A DNA stretch of 60,462 bases, filler included, from Welwitschia mirabilis (GCA_051453625.1; 2 parts of one record of this genome joined end to end with filler, not necessarily neighbours in it), one strand, 5' to 3'; counted from the whole stretch's first letter, positions 1-13,389 are shown. The notes: generated by a model not told the origin, from the sequence alone. Numbers and translations are program-made.

Positions 1-1077
1 CATTGATTTACTTGAGAAGAGGACTCTTCTGTTTTTCTCCTTTTGGTCTTCTCGCTTTGTTTTGCTTTCCATGCACAACAGTCCTTTTGTCTGTGGCCCT
101 TTTTCTTACATAACCAGTATTCCATACTCCTAGTATGAGACACGCCTCTGCTCTTATATCTTTCCCTGCTATGTTCATGTTTTTGGTTCCTACCTTTCTT
201 TTCAACCACAAAGGCACCTTCAGATGTCGGTGCTTCATTCAGCCTGCCCTCACAGTCTTGAAGTGCAGAAACAACCTGTTCAAATGTCATAGAAGTAANN
301 NNNNNNNNNNNNNNNNNNNNNNNNNNNNNNNNNNNNNNNNNNNNNNNNNNNNNNNNNNNNNNNNNNNNNNNNNNNNNNNNNNNNNNNNNNNNNNNNNNNN
401 NNNNNNNNNNNNNNNNNNNNNNNNNNNNNNNNNNNNNNNNNNNNNNNNNNNNNNNNNNNNNNNNNNNNNNNNNNNNNNNNNNNNNNNNNNNNNNNNNNNN
501 NNNNNNNNNNNNNNNNNNNNNNNNNNNNNNNNNNNNNNNNNNNNNNNNNNNNNNNNNNNNNNNNNNNNNNNNNNNNNNNNNNNNNNNNNNNNNNNNNNNN
601 NNNNNNNNNNNNNNNNNNNNNNNNNNNNNNNNNNNNNNNNNNNNNNNNNNNNNNNNNNNNNNNNNNNNNNNNNNNNNNNNNNNNNNNNNNNNNNNNNNNN
701 NNNNNNNNNNNNNNNNNNNNNNNNNNNAACATTCCAGTTTCGTCCAATGAACTTGTCTGTTGTCTGCAACCTCTCCATTATCAACACGAAAAACTACGGA
801 AGCAATGCAGAGCTCTCTATTAGAATGAAAAGGGGCAAGGACACAAGCTGTCCTCAATAGACAATATTGCAACTCTTGACTCCCACACACCTTTTAGCAT
901 TCCATGCCTCTACTCTCTTTATATAGATTTTTTTTTAGGGTAAAAACCCTAGCCCTAACTTCTAGAACTTNNNNNNNNNNNNNNNNNNNNNNNNNNNNNN
1001 NNNNNNNNNNNNNNNNNNNNNNNNNNNNNNNNNNNNNNNNNNNNNNNNNNNNNNNNNNNNNNNNNNNNNNTTCAACA
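1..1077 (-). mobile_element. Ty1/Copia LTR retrotransposon, 5' part (LTR start plus gag), running off the left edge
   Basis: Minus strand begins TGTTGAA at 1077 and has a TATATAAA box near 925. ATG at 778 gives MERLQTTDKFIGRNWNV (Copia gag KFxGxN-type start). After the gap an open minus frame reads TFEQVVSALQDCEGRL...GRNQKHEHSRERYKSRG...YWLCKKKGHRQKDC (78-119; CCHC knuckle with first C>Y). No PBS visible. Confidence 0.75.
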
Positions 1078-3434
1078 TTTTTTTATTTACTTTTAGAATG
1101 TGTTCTTAAGATTGTTTACATACTCTATTCACCCCCTTCTAGATCCTTACGATCGTAACAGATGGGACCAGTCATTCCAACCTGAAGCAGTGCGACAAAC
1201 CTATTTTAGGTTTGATCGCCCTAATGGGGATGTGGTCAGCTCAGTACCAATGTCTTTAGAAAATGAACAACTGAGATTAGAATTGGCATGAGTCACGAGT
1301 CTTTGCCTATCTTCCAACGTTGAAATGCTATTGAAGAGACTTACAACACATATTTCATTCTGCAAGCATAAAATTTATTAGTTTGACATTAATTGGCAAT
1401 ACAAAGTCTAACCAAAAAGCTATCTACAATGACAATAAGCCCTTATGAAGGAAATAATATCTTCAAAAAGGATAAGGCATCTATGGTGATTGGATCATTA
1501 CGAAAGTAATTCATTCAAATAGAGAAACAAATTAAAAATTCCTTACAGAGAATGTATCACAACCTTATTCCTAAAGATTGTAAGCAAATCTTTTACATGA
1601 AAAAGCTTAGCGGTAAAAGGAAAATGCCAAAAAATATATATAGTTAGTGACCAAGAATCACAAAAGTTATGTATGTCATACAACAAGACAAACTAATTAT
1701 AAATTATCAGCTGGATAGACACTAGGAAGGGAAAAAATAATCACAGTAATGTGAAAAGAATTTGCAATGACATATCATAACTTAAGGAGGTTGGATGCCT
1801 TAAGAAAAGCATGGTAAACATGAAAAACAGTAAAGAACTTTTGATGAAAATGTTAAAACAAGAATGCTGTTGATGACATTAAACATATAACAAACTGAAT
1901 AGAAAAAGATGATGTATATGCTCTTATGAAAAAATAGAAGTAAATTTTGAAGCACAAGAAGCTCCCAAATTTTACTAAGCATTATCTTCTATGGAGGGGG
2001 GAAACTCTTGAGGAGAATGGAAGTAAACCCCAAAGTGTTAAAAGATACCAACATANNNNNNNNNNAAATATCATGACAAAGAAATCCATTCTTACAACAA
2101 AACTTTGGTTCGAAATTTCAAATACAACGTATTCAGATGAATTAAAAGTTGAGAACAAACCAACCAGGTGAAAAAATTGATAGTAACATAGGCAACCTTC
2201 CAACAACCATGGAAAAAGCTTGAACCTAGAGCTTGCAGAGGGGTGTTGGAAGATGTATCTTACCATTAAAAGCAAACTCTAAGGGAGGACACAATAAATT
2301 CTAGAAGTTCATAGTTGCCTTACTTTAGAGGATGTGAACTACACCTCCTTAACAAAGGTAGGACTTACCCAGTTGATGTCTTCACATGGAGAAGTAAACT
2401 CAGTTATAAAACTCATAAGCAAAATCAGTTAGAGATAACTAACCCAAGTTAGTTTGACTATTATGTAGTCAAGAGATGGTGCTTCAAGGGTAGCCTTGAC
2501 AATAATATAAAACAACAAAGAAACACCAAGCATGTGAGTAGTATAAACAAAAATGGTACAAACGGGGAAAAAAAATATTATCACAGAGTCATATGTTCCA
2601 TCATTAAAGGTGGCACATAATTATGTCGATTGAGCAAGTTACCTCAATAATAGAGCATGCTGTTTATTCGATATAGAAATGCACTATAATAAAGTATAGT
2701 TGTGCTAAATTTGACTTGTGAATCCCATTCATAGGAAACTTAATGCTATCAATTTTCATTCTGAATTGGAGTTGCAGAGTGTAAGCACTCCATTTTCTGA
2801 CAAGACATAACTCAGTATGTAACGTAATGTACTTTAAAAGGATATCTTATAGACAACACCCTAAATTTTTCTCTAACAAATGACATGTTCATTCATGCAT
2901 CTGCACACATCCTATTGTCAATGCATTTGTGATCATCTGTGTCATTTCATATTTTACCATTTATTTCTATCTAGGGATTCGGTCCTCAGTCACTGTGCTT
3001 TTTCCTGTATGTTGTCATGATTCCATGTTATATGTGTTCTCTGTATTGTTCATGTCAAAACCTAATCAGTAAGTTGTTTATTATTTCATTTTGGGTGTAC
3101 TGCAAAGATTCCACTATATTTAATCCCAAAACTATCCTCTCTTATTACATCCTACATTCATTTTAGGGAACACTTGGTTTTGACATGCACCATCTTTTCT
3201 GCTTGTCTTATCTCTTTCTAATCCCCTGACACTATATATACATATTGTATATGATGTATATACCGCTGCACATTTCACAGCAGTGTTTTGAATACCCCAT
3301 GTTTCATTTTTATCAACTGCAAGGATGTGACACATCTTTTCATTTTCTTCCCTTTTTTTCTTTTTAACTTCTTCTTTCTTTTGGTGCCCTGAGTGGGATG
3401 AATATAACTGGCAAATGTTAATCTTGTTCCACAG

Positions 3435-3775
3435 GGAGTGGAGCTGAAGACTCTTCCTTCAAGGCTAGGCTTTTCACATCTTTAATGCATGTTACTGCCT
3501 TTCTGTATTTGATAGTAGATTACATGCGCAAGATGATGGACCTGTTTTCTACCAGGAGTCTAGTTCATGGTGCTGAGAATGATAAAAATGAAAATGCTTG
3601 CCAGGTTCAGTTTGTTGAAAGAAGTTCATGCCCCCATCCAAGTCCATGTGCAGAGAATAATAATTTTAGCACTGAAGGACATGAACATACCTTGACTGTC
3701 CCTCCTATTGAACAGCATGATCATGCAATCCAGAAACTAGTCTCTCTGAAAGAGGAAGTTGTTGAGACTAAAAAG
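3435..3775 (+). CDS. Sec14/SFH-like phosphatidylinositol transfer protein, third-last coding exon
   Basis: Acceptor ttgttccacag|3435, donor AAG|gtatg at 3776. Open frame SGAEDSSFKARLFTSLMHVTAFLYLIVDYMRKM...HAIQKLVSLKEEVVETKK: a hydrophobic segment then a coiled coil, as in Sec14-nodulin C-termini. The Sec14 domain itself is not in the window, so the family call rests on recalled C-terminal similarity. Confidence 0.7.
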
Positions 3776-3901
3776 GTATGTTGTTCAGTTTTTTGTCTTG
3801 TCTTCTTTAAATCTATATATGTTTGTTTACTCTCAGATTGGAAGTAAGCCTAATAAATACTCAATAATCAGAAAGCTATTGCTTCCATGTTTATCTTATA
3901 G

Positions 3902-3976
3902 GCATTACAAGCTGTTCTCTCAAAGCAGGAAGAACTCTGTGACTATATAGAAACCCTAAGAAATGCAGCCTTTGAG
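3902..3976 (+). CDS. Sec14/SFH-like protein, penultimate coding exon
   Basis: tcttatag|GCA...GAG|gttggt; 75 nt, phase 0/0; ALQAVLSKQEELCDYIETLRNAAFE completes the TKK-AL...KQEEL..YIE motif of the SFH nodulin-type coiled coil. Confidence 0.75.
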
Positions 3977-4057
3977 GTTGGTGTCTTGTTTATATTCTGC
4001 ATAAAATTGTTTCCATGGTGCTTTAAAGTTTATCACATAGCTACGTTGTTTTAACAG

Positions 4058-4075
4058 AGTAAGGGATGCTGCTAG
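4058..4075 (+). CDS. Sec14/SFH-like protein, terminal coding exon (SKGCC*)
   Basis: tgttttaacag|AGT AAG GGA TGC TGC TAG after an 81-nt intron, in phase with the previous exon; short basic/Cys tail typical of SFH proteins. Confidence 0.6.
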   Translation, partial: SKGCC

Positions 4076-5479
4076 GAAAGTGCCAGTCTAATTTTCTGGT
4101 GAATGCTTCAAAAGCAATGAATATACTACTTGCATAGACAAATTAGCTTGAGAATGGGAGGTCTCCAAATTTAATGCACTGGAATGATGTCATGTAGTTA
4201 AAAAGGATCACAACAGATACCGACTCTAATATCATCTGGAACAATTGAGCAGTTTCTTGTTGGCCATTACTACATTATATGTACATGCTTTCCTGATTGT
4301 GCTGCCTTTCATGAATGCCACTCTGATGATTCATTATGTTAGCTAATTTTCCAATTAGCTCTAGCAGTAAGGCTCTGGTGAATTGAGTTTACCCTATCAT
4401 TGTGTATACTAGTAATAGTCTAGTCCAACACTGCAATGGGCATTTTGGCCTTGCAGAAATGCAAATTCATGGCAAGGAAATAAACATATGCTATGATTCG
4501 TGTTTTTCTTATTCAGCTCCTTCTGTTTGCATGAGCACCCAACTTCTTCATGTATGTAAGGCTTAGCTGTCCTCTGGCCAACAAAATAAAGTTTTGGTTA
4601 TTATGGTTTGAGTAGTTTCTTTCTTCTCCTCAATTCTTAGATCAACATGCAATTTTAGTAAATTCATGTTTCATTTTAGAGTGGTAATCAATACGTGTTT
4701 TAAAAAGTGGGTTAAAACATCATTTTAGATTGTTCAATATTCAGGGTGCAGACTCTCCACAAGGCTGAGGTTGCTCAAAAATGTCTTAAGCATATTGAGG
4801 TCATGATAGCTCTCGTTTTTCTCCTGATGATGCACTGTAACAATGGAAGATTATATGGCAAACCTCCATTATCTATTAACCAACCATAGTATAGAGTAAT
4901 ATGTGGATAATGTTTACTTACTGATTTCACTCTCAAATTCCTTACCATAAGTATTTGCTTTCTGTATATCTAAATATTTGAGATCTGACAACTTAGACTA
5001 ACCTTTGGCTAGTTCTTCATTTTAGCCTTAAGTTTTGATCTCTTAGGTTATTTGATTGTCAATTTAGATGTGAGGAGTTACACAGTTTGAAGTGTTCACC
5101 ACTATAACCTATTAAATAGAACTATATTTTTAAACTGCCTTGGTATTTTTTTTTTATTTTATGTATATTTTATACAAAGTCATTTGAAAACTGCAAATCT
5201 TGTTAGTAGAAATAATGTTTCACCTTAACTTTTTTTCCCCCTAACACAACATCTTAAGGGTTCTTGATTTTGACTGCCAATCCAATTTTTAATTCTATGC
5301 ATACCTCTTTTACATGAGAAAGCTTACCTTTGTTTTATGACATAGGAGGTCTTGTAGTAACCTCTGGTTTTGTTTATTAAAGGACTATTTTGACAGGTCT
5401 CTAAAGATATCTCCTCCTGTAACGTGTGCATCACCTAGTGCACTATTAAATTTACATTTGTGACTATACACTAAGAGAC

Positions 5480-8150
5480 TTCTTTATCGGTGTTCCATCG
5501 GAAAACATCGATAGTAGTTGTTGATGTAAATTCCTTTCCTTATGCTGGGAAAGGACAATGACATCTGCCTTCCAGGTGAGGCAACCTTGACTTGTTTTAG
5601 AATGCTATTGGAAATTAGGTACCCAAAGTAAACCCCTAGGCTACGAAATAACCTATGCACAACATAAAGCACAGGGGAAGGGCCTAGCAAGGACTGTTAC
5701 AAAACAAAGGACTTAATTAGTTGATAAACAAAAAAGAAGATAAAGGGTGAAAGGGGGAGGGAGAGGACTTCCAAAACGAGGTATCCTTTAGTTTGCTTCA
5801 AGGTATATGCAAAAGGGAGACGGAACAAGTCATTGGGGATGGGAATAGAGTTTCTAGATAGGTCTCCTTCCAAGGCTAAGACAAAGGCTGGAAAAGCTCT
5901 CCAGAAAAGGGACAAGGAATCCACCTTGGGGTGTGGTCTTCCTTTGGTGCTTTCAAAACAAAGCTTATCTCTCCCTCATGGAAAAGGGGTTGACTTAATC
6001 AAGGTCCTCCTTATACTATCTATAATGTCCCTATGAATTGTAAGTGCTAGAGTATGAGAGAAAGAACACTTTATTGCAATTAGAAAATTATAATTGTAAA
6101 ACATCGCTCCTTTCTCAAAGGGAGGAAGGAAAGAGTATAGATAGGGTTCTTTTGGACTAAAGCGAGGAATGCAAGTGGAAAACAAACCACAAGGAAAGAA
6201 AAATGGCTTATTTTAGACCTAGGAAAAACTCATAGATGAATCTTTAAAAGAGAACTTGGGAGAAATGAAAATCTTCCAAAAAGAACTTGGGAGAAAGGAG
6301 GATCTTCCATATATCTTCATGTAGAGTTCTTAATGAAGGAGATATACGACCAGCTAACCCAAGCTCCAAAGAGTGCCACTTATAGAAACTGAGGCTGCTA
6401 GCTAAGCATGCAAAGTGAAGCCTCCAATTAAAGAGTGACGTTTGAAGACTCTAGAGCAGCTAGGAATTGGAAGGAGTAGATGGCATAGAGAGGGTCTCCT
6501 AGATGTAACGACTTAAAAATGAGACAAAAAAGGAAAAATACTACATCTCTAAGTTGAGAGAAGAGGGTAAGGAAATGATGTGGAAGAAAACGAGGGGCAT
6601 GTAGTGATAGAGGCTCATACAACATCTAAACATTGTCTTTGAGTTAAAATTGTAATAGAAACACTAAGACATGTAGCTTGCCCCTGATGGTGCCAGGGAG
6701 GGTCATCCCACTATAATAGTCAACTCCCTGGTCATCAAGCTAGGACTTACCTTGGGGGGTAATATCAAGAGTAGGCTCACTTGATTCTCACTCATTGTAA
6801 GGATTTAATATGACCTTAGAACTCTTTTGGATCTAACATTTCAAGCTTGATAGATGTGGCCATTGGGAAAGAAGCAGAATAAAAAGGAGCTAAAGGGTTT
6901 TGGAACGCATTGGGAGACTCATCTTCGATGAAAGAAAGGGAAGTGGTAGAATGCAGTTGAAAGGAGCCTTGACTAGAGGCTGAGGTGAAGGAAGGTTAGG
7001 ATGAAAAGGGAAAGGGAGGTTAAGGAAAAGTAGGGGTAGAAGAGAGAAGGGGGAAAAGGATGAACAAATGAGAGCTTTGGCTTAAAGTTGACCCCTTAAG
7101 CTAAAAAGGGGTTCTTTCTTCAGATGAACCTTGGACTTGACTTAGAGCACTAGACAAGAGGGCTTTTGGAACTTTGTTGTTTGTCATTAAGAATGCCTTT
7201 TACCTAAACTTTATCTGCTTTTGCCACTGGAGGTTTTCAACTATTTGAAGAAAAGAAGAGGGAGAGGATTCCATGCTTAGGGCATGGAATTCCGGGGAGA
7301 AGGAACTCTCTTTTTTGCCCATGGGATGGAAGAGGTAGGGTGAGGGAAGAAAAGAGTGAGACAAAATGAAGAAGAGGGCTAAAAGGAATGAGAAGAAGGG
7401 AAGGGAGGTGGATTAGTCTTTTGAAAGGGACCGGATAAAGGGGGAGAACCCTTGGCCCTTAAGACTCTCCAGGAGAAAGACAAAGGGAAGGAAAATGACT
7501 CAAGGGATAACTATTTGATGTTAATAGAGGAGTGGAGAATAATTAAAGACTGAGAAACAAGAGGAATGAGATTGGATTCCACACTCTATGCATGGAATTC
7601 AGGAGCAACTTGATACATTCTACCCCTTGGGTGTGGAATTTTGATGAAAAGGGCCCAAAATGACACTATCTTCCATGCCCAAGACGTGGAAGTTAGGGTG
7701 GATAGGGTATGGAGAGGGAGAGGGAGGAGAAAACAAAGTGGGAAAGAGGAGAAGGAGAAAAGAGGGAAACAAAAGATGACTTCAACTAGCGTAGAGGATG
7801 ATAGTGAAGGTCGGGTGCTTTGGGAACATGATGTAGGACCCACAAGGAGGAGGTCCTCCTAGGAGTGTTACCTATTTGACTAGGCATCAAGAAGGCTATA
7901 TGGCTTAGGGAAAAGGTGTAGAGGTAGGTTTCTGTGTTGAAGGAGTAGCTGGGCAGAGAGCTAGGGAAGAGGAGGAGACCTCTTCCATGCCTTGGCGATG
8001 GAAGAGGTGGGAGTAGGGTAGATTTCTATGCCTTGGTGAGGGAGGGTTAGTAAGGGCCTCCTTCAAATGAATTTTCTTTGCTCATAGGGAATTAAGGGAA
8101 TGATGGGACAAAAGAAGGATGAAGGAGTTGCAATGAATCTTTGAAAAGGG
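5480..8150 (-). mobile_element. Decayed, internally deleted L1-type LINE (ORF1 and ORF2 remnants)
   Basis: Motifs in LINE order on the minus strand: CIECGIQSHSSC knuckle-like (7592-7557), *NVRS resembling WNVRG endonuclease start (6843-6832), LSLPLSPFIFF resembling RT QGxPLSP (about 5750), FRSLGVYFG resembling RT YLG (about 5640). Many stops; boundaries approximate. Confidence 0.6.
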
Positions 8151-9029
8151 GTCCCTTAGTTGCTTGTGGTTGAGGTGGAGTCAACAGATTTTTTTCCCCT
8201 TTTTAATATGTTTTATCTGTCACTCATCTTGATGACCAACACCATCATCATTTACCTTGGGCATTTGCTATCTTCCAGAAGCTACCATCAACAAGTAGCT
8301 CATAACCTCTTTACATATATGGATGTTCCTTTTGGTCTCTATCTCCCACATCCTGTCTTGACTCCACTTCCTGCTCATCCATGTCCTATCTAGTCCAAGA
8401 TAGATATCACAACCATTGCATACTTGCTACCAACAACCCTTTGAACATTGTGATCAAGTGCATGCCTATAGATATTGCACTTTGCATAATTCTTCTAACC
8501 CACTGATTTGAAATACTTTACCGATTACATGGTATTCAAATGCACATCCTTTTCTTCTTGTCTTTCATATCTTAATGTTTTGATTAATGACCCTATCCAC
8601 CTCTCCTCTTCATCCCCTCCTCTATCATGTGACATAGTTCTATCTCACTTTGATATATTTGATGGAGAGATCAACCTCAGACCAAACTATGCATCTACCA
8701 AACTACCTACATTTGAACATTATTGCAAAGAATTGCCATTGATGTCATCATAATAATGTTAAATAAAAAATTCCTTTACCCATTTCTAATGCCACGTTTT
8801 GGAGATGCTTGACTTGTTGAATCCAGGTTGTAGACGTGGATGAAAAGGATCTTTGTCAAATCTTCAACCTTTCCATGTGTTTTGCCTTGGGTCATTTGGA
8901 TTTGTTTTGGAGGTTGGCTATAGACAATTACTTTTTTATTTGCTTCTTGTTAGGTTAATTGAATGTTTATGCCAGGTTGATTGAATTGATATTTGTTTTC
9001 GTTCCTTGCACCTACTTCTTGTTAGGGCA

Positions 9030-9420
9030 ACTAGAGCTTTTCCTTGGGTTGGTTGCACAGGCATTTTTGAGGGTGGGAGCACCATTGCAAAAGAATGTAT
9101 TATGTGTTAGGCATGTGCTATTGCAATGCACTATAAATGCCTCAGCACCCTTTTTGCTGAGTGTTAATAGTTTTATGCCTCATGATAACATTCACGTTCA
9201 ATCACTTTTCTTTGAGTGCCTAGAGTTCTTCAAGGTATGCTTTTCCATAAGCAGCTTACCTTGTCAACAAAGAAAGTTGAGAGATGCCTTCATAATAGGA
9301 CATGAATTTCCATAATTGGGATTTGTTGTACCACATCCCTCTTGGGGATGATTAAGCTAACTTCATTTGGACAATGCATCATCTTTCACTATTCACTATG
9401 AACATCTTTATGGTTGCCTT
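9030..9420 (-). mobile_element. Possible MuDR/MULE transposase C-terminal (SWIM-like) remnant
   Basis: Minus frame FFVDKVSCLWKSIP*...RECYHEA...VLPPSKMP loosely follows the MULE SWIM to LPP layout; very degenerate. Confidence 0.25.
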
Positions 9421-12059
9421 TTTCAGCTCATTGCTAATTGTCATAATTGATAATCTATTTTTCTAACATGAATTTTATGTGTTTCTTCTTTGTAATTCAT
9501 TTGCATGTGGTTGATTTATTGAGCAATTTCTTATAGCTATGTTCTACATTTGTTGATTTGAGATAAATTTAGCAATATGTTTAGTCTAACACATATTGCT
9601 TATAATTGCTGTCTCTTTTATTTTGAGTACTTTGATTTCCTTGTTTTCCATTTTCAGAATTGATTTTAACTATCTTCTTTTTTCCCTTTCTGTGCAGACC
9701 CGTTCATGATGTGAAAATCTTGCGTACAACAGTAAAAGACTGACCTGGTGCAGCTATAAACACACGTGAACAAGTGACTTCCTCAAAAAAAGCATTTACA
9801 ATAGAATTCACATGTGGAAATATATTAATATTTGCTTTTAACATCACTTTTTGTAATTTTAATTCTGATATTTATAGAAGTTTAAGAGCTCATCTTTTAA
9901 GGAAGAAGTAACTGATATAAATTCTTGTGCTTATGAATAGTGTATTAAAATGATTCTCTTTCCATTGAGCCTTTTCAAATAGTAGTGTTAAAAAACGATA
10001 TTCCTACCAAGCCTTTTATGAGGGTATGGGCTTCACTTTAAGCATTCTTATTGATACTGAGATTGTTGCAGTGAAGTCAAATTTTTCAGAGTCTCTTTTT
10101 CTCCCTCAATGTAAAGAAATTGGCTGTTCTGTATTAGGCCCCACATGTTTTATTACATGTTTGTAGGGGGTTATTGAAATTAATTAAAAGGGCTCAATGG
10201 TGGGTCATCCCATTAGGGTTTTAATCCTAATATTTGTTAATGTATGTCTGGTTGAGAGACATGGGTGTAACATTCTTTTGCTCATCTCGAGTGTTGATGC
10301 CCACCTATTGAGGAGAGCTTGTGTCCTTGACATTTCCACTGATAACAAGAGGTCTGCACTGTTCTGTGAAAATATGATGAAAAAACCTGAACTATGTAAA
10401 GCTGTGTTTGTTATGGTTGCTTGTCTTATTTTCTGTTTGCTGTTTACCTCTAATTTCTGCTGCAATTTTGAAACAAGGTTGTTTAATCCCTGTTGGAAAA
10501 CTCTTTTCTTTTTGTTTTTAATGTTTGTTCCACAATTATACGAATTGAATCTAATAGCCTGAGAGATGTTAGCATCTAAATATTTCTTGTTAATGTTCTT
10601 TTTAACAGCATGCTAGCTTGACCTTAGCTTTTTGCATTAAATCTGACTCAGTTGTGTTAGTCATTTAGATAGTGCTGCACTATGTCGAGTTTCCTAGAAA
10701 ATTTATGAACTCTCACCCTTCGTTATTCATCATCTCCTTTTACTTCTAAATGCTTAAGAATACTCATGGAAGAGCATCCCTTTTAATTTGTATATATTTA
10801 AAGTATATATTTAAGAGATATAATTTAGAGTACTATCTATGTTTGTTTGGACTGGAAGCTCAAGAGAAAACTTCATCTTTTTAAGGATATATTATTATGA
10901 CTCTTGAGTATAACTAAAGAGTAAACCTTATGGCTGTCTATAGAGTGATGTATTTTGATGTGTTTTTTCAAAAATGACTTAGGTTGCAGAAATCTGAGAG
11001 TCCATCTTGCAGTTGTCTGATGAAAGTAATTCTCTTAGGGACTGCAAAGTCATAGTTAAGGTCATGGTTGTCACATGAAAGGGCTGAAGATAAGTGCTAA
11101 TTGCAGTCCAGCTCGCAGTTGAGGAGAATGTGGAGTGGCATCTCCAAAATTGAAAAAGACAATGAAATAAAATAATATCCCTTGAAAAAGGTTTCAGGAA
11201 TTTCAAAGAGATTAGGGGACCTGTCAAACAGTTGTGAAGTACTTTCTTGCACACTCTCTTGGATTGATAAGAAAACCATCCTTTTTCTCAGCTTCCTTGA
11301 TGTATTGTAATTTTTGTTTAAGGTTCGGTTAATCAAGTTTCGAGTTGTTAAGGCTTCCCAGTATTGTGTTTCTTCAAGATTTTTCTCAAGGTTTCCAACT
11401 CTACCATTGTCTGCTTTACGTTAAATACAGGCCTTGGGGCCCCCACTTCCATAAAACTTGAAAACTCTAAGAATGATGGAAGCTGCGAGAAATATTCCTG
11501 AGTAACTTCTTTCCAAATGTGATTTGGCATACCTTTCCACATGTAAACCGTCCCAAGTCCCTTTTGTGTGTGGAGGAAAGATCAGCATCTTACCTAAGCA
11601 AGAAATATATTGGGGAATTGTTTCTTCCCTTTTAACCTACGTGATCCTGAAAAAGCTAAGAGATCTTTGTACACTTACTATTTGGACATTTCAATGGGAA
11701 GATCTAGAGAGGTGTAGCTGATTTGGAAGCAAGTATGAACTCAAAGCAAGTTGTCTGAGATTTGCTTGTCCAAATGGAAAAGCCTTTGTCCTTACAGATC
11801 TTATAACTTTCGATGTTCATATTGGGATGATTGATTCCTTATCCTGTTGCTAATGCTCCTAACACATATGATAATGGTTATGATGGTTATGTCTGGATTT
11901 TGAAATTTTCTTCATAGGAGGATGTACACAGGTTTTGCATTTGATTGTGTAGTGATGTGTAAGGAAATCGATCCTTTGTATAAGCTAGTTTTCTTATCAA
12001 GTTTTCTTCAATGATTGTAATCTCATAGATATTTAATTTCATGAGTACTTTCTTGACAA

Positions 12060-13389
12060 CGTTGTGGTGAAGCCAAATTTGTTGTATCGAACATAGTTTG
12101 TGAGTATGTTTTAGGCTCATTTGGTAGGTTTTCAATGAAATAATTAGCAAAAGTTAGCTAGCTATTGTTGATACATAGTTTTCCAACATTTTTTACTCTT
12201 TTTGGATGTTTTCGAAGCATGATCCATTCATGGTCCTAATGGCAGATCCATGACGGCCAATTGACGAGATGATGACAAAGTTTGACATCATAACGATATC
12301 TCAAGCGAACATTGTTACGTCGATTAAGAGGAGCTGATAGGATCATTTAGGATGCCTTGCAGAGGTTCTTAATGCATTAGATCTGATAACCTCAACCGAT
12401 GATTAATTTGGGGCTGATCTAGGGTCAAGGAGTTGATTTTAGAGCTTCATCTGTCTATTGCCCATATAGACAAAGGCATAAGACGAAGACCATTTGACCA
12501 GAGTTAAGGAGGCTGATGTGGGAGGGCATTAATGGATAGTTACGTACCTTGTCGTCCTATTTCATCCAAGCATAAGTGGACGATGGTTTGTAAATCATGA
12601 AAAATTAATCAGTCAGTTACATAATCTTTATTGTAACCGCATCCTTTTGGATCCCACTGTCATCAATTCATTGCCAAATCTTTATTGTAATGTCATTCCT
12701 TTAGGTTTCACCATTATCAATCGGGTAACCAAATCTTTATTGTAATTGCATCTCTTAAGGTCCCATCGTTTAGTGATTGTAATTGCTAATCCAAACCGAT
12801 AAATGACCACATTGACATCCCTTTTTAGGAATTTTTTGGTAACATTTTGGCTTGTGACATTGGAGCATTTTAGACATGGGATCTACCCTCTTGTGAAAGA
12901 AGTTCTTAGTGTTGGGTTATGCTTCTTTCATTAAGGGACTCTTGTTTGTAAGTGGATGAATTTGAAGTGCAATAGGTAATAAAATCAAGTGTACTTTTTT
13001 CATACTCTTTCTATTATCCTTATACTTTATGATAATTTGAGGCTATTATAGATTGAATCTTATTTTGATATAGCATACATGGGCTAATTGGGGTGATAAC
13101 AAGTTAGTGACTTTGGTTAATTGATTGCCTTCAGATCAGTGCATTTCCATTTCATTACATGCTCATTTCGAATGCATTCCATTCATATTCTCTCATCATT
13201 TGCATTATCATTTTACTTCATTTTTAACATGCCAAAGAAACACAAAGGTTCTCCTCCTATGTTCCTTGAAAATTAGGTCATTGACAATTCTATGTTGACT
13301 TACTCTATACTAGATGTGTTGCTTACCCTATACTTGAGAATGTTCTAATATTGAATGTACATATTATTTAGCATACACCTAGCACAACA
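12060..13389 (+). repeat. Family A 5' LTR
   Basis: Terminal inverted repeat, alignable along its length with 21119-22422, followed by the PBS-like site. Confidence 0.8.

Noticed and set aside
1100..1375. Possible exon (plus ORF 1100-1291, or minus acceptor gcttgcag|AATGAA giving NEICVV...NLK*)
   Set aside because: No recognisable similarity to SFH or DUF726 and no consistent donor/acceptor pair.
1900..2300. LINE-like remnant (LLWRG...SILTTKLWF)
   Set aside because: Similarity too weak to call by eye.
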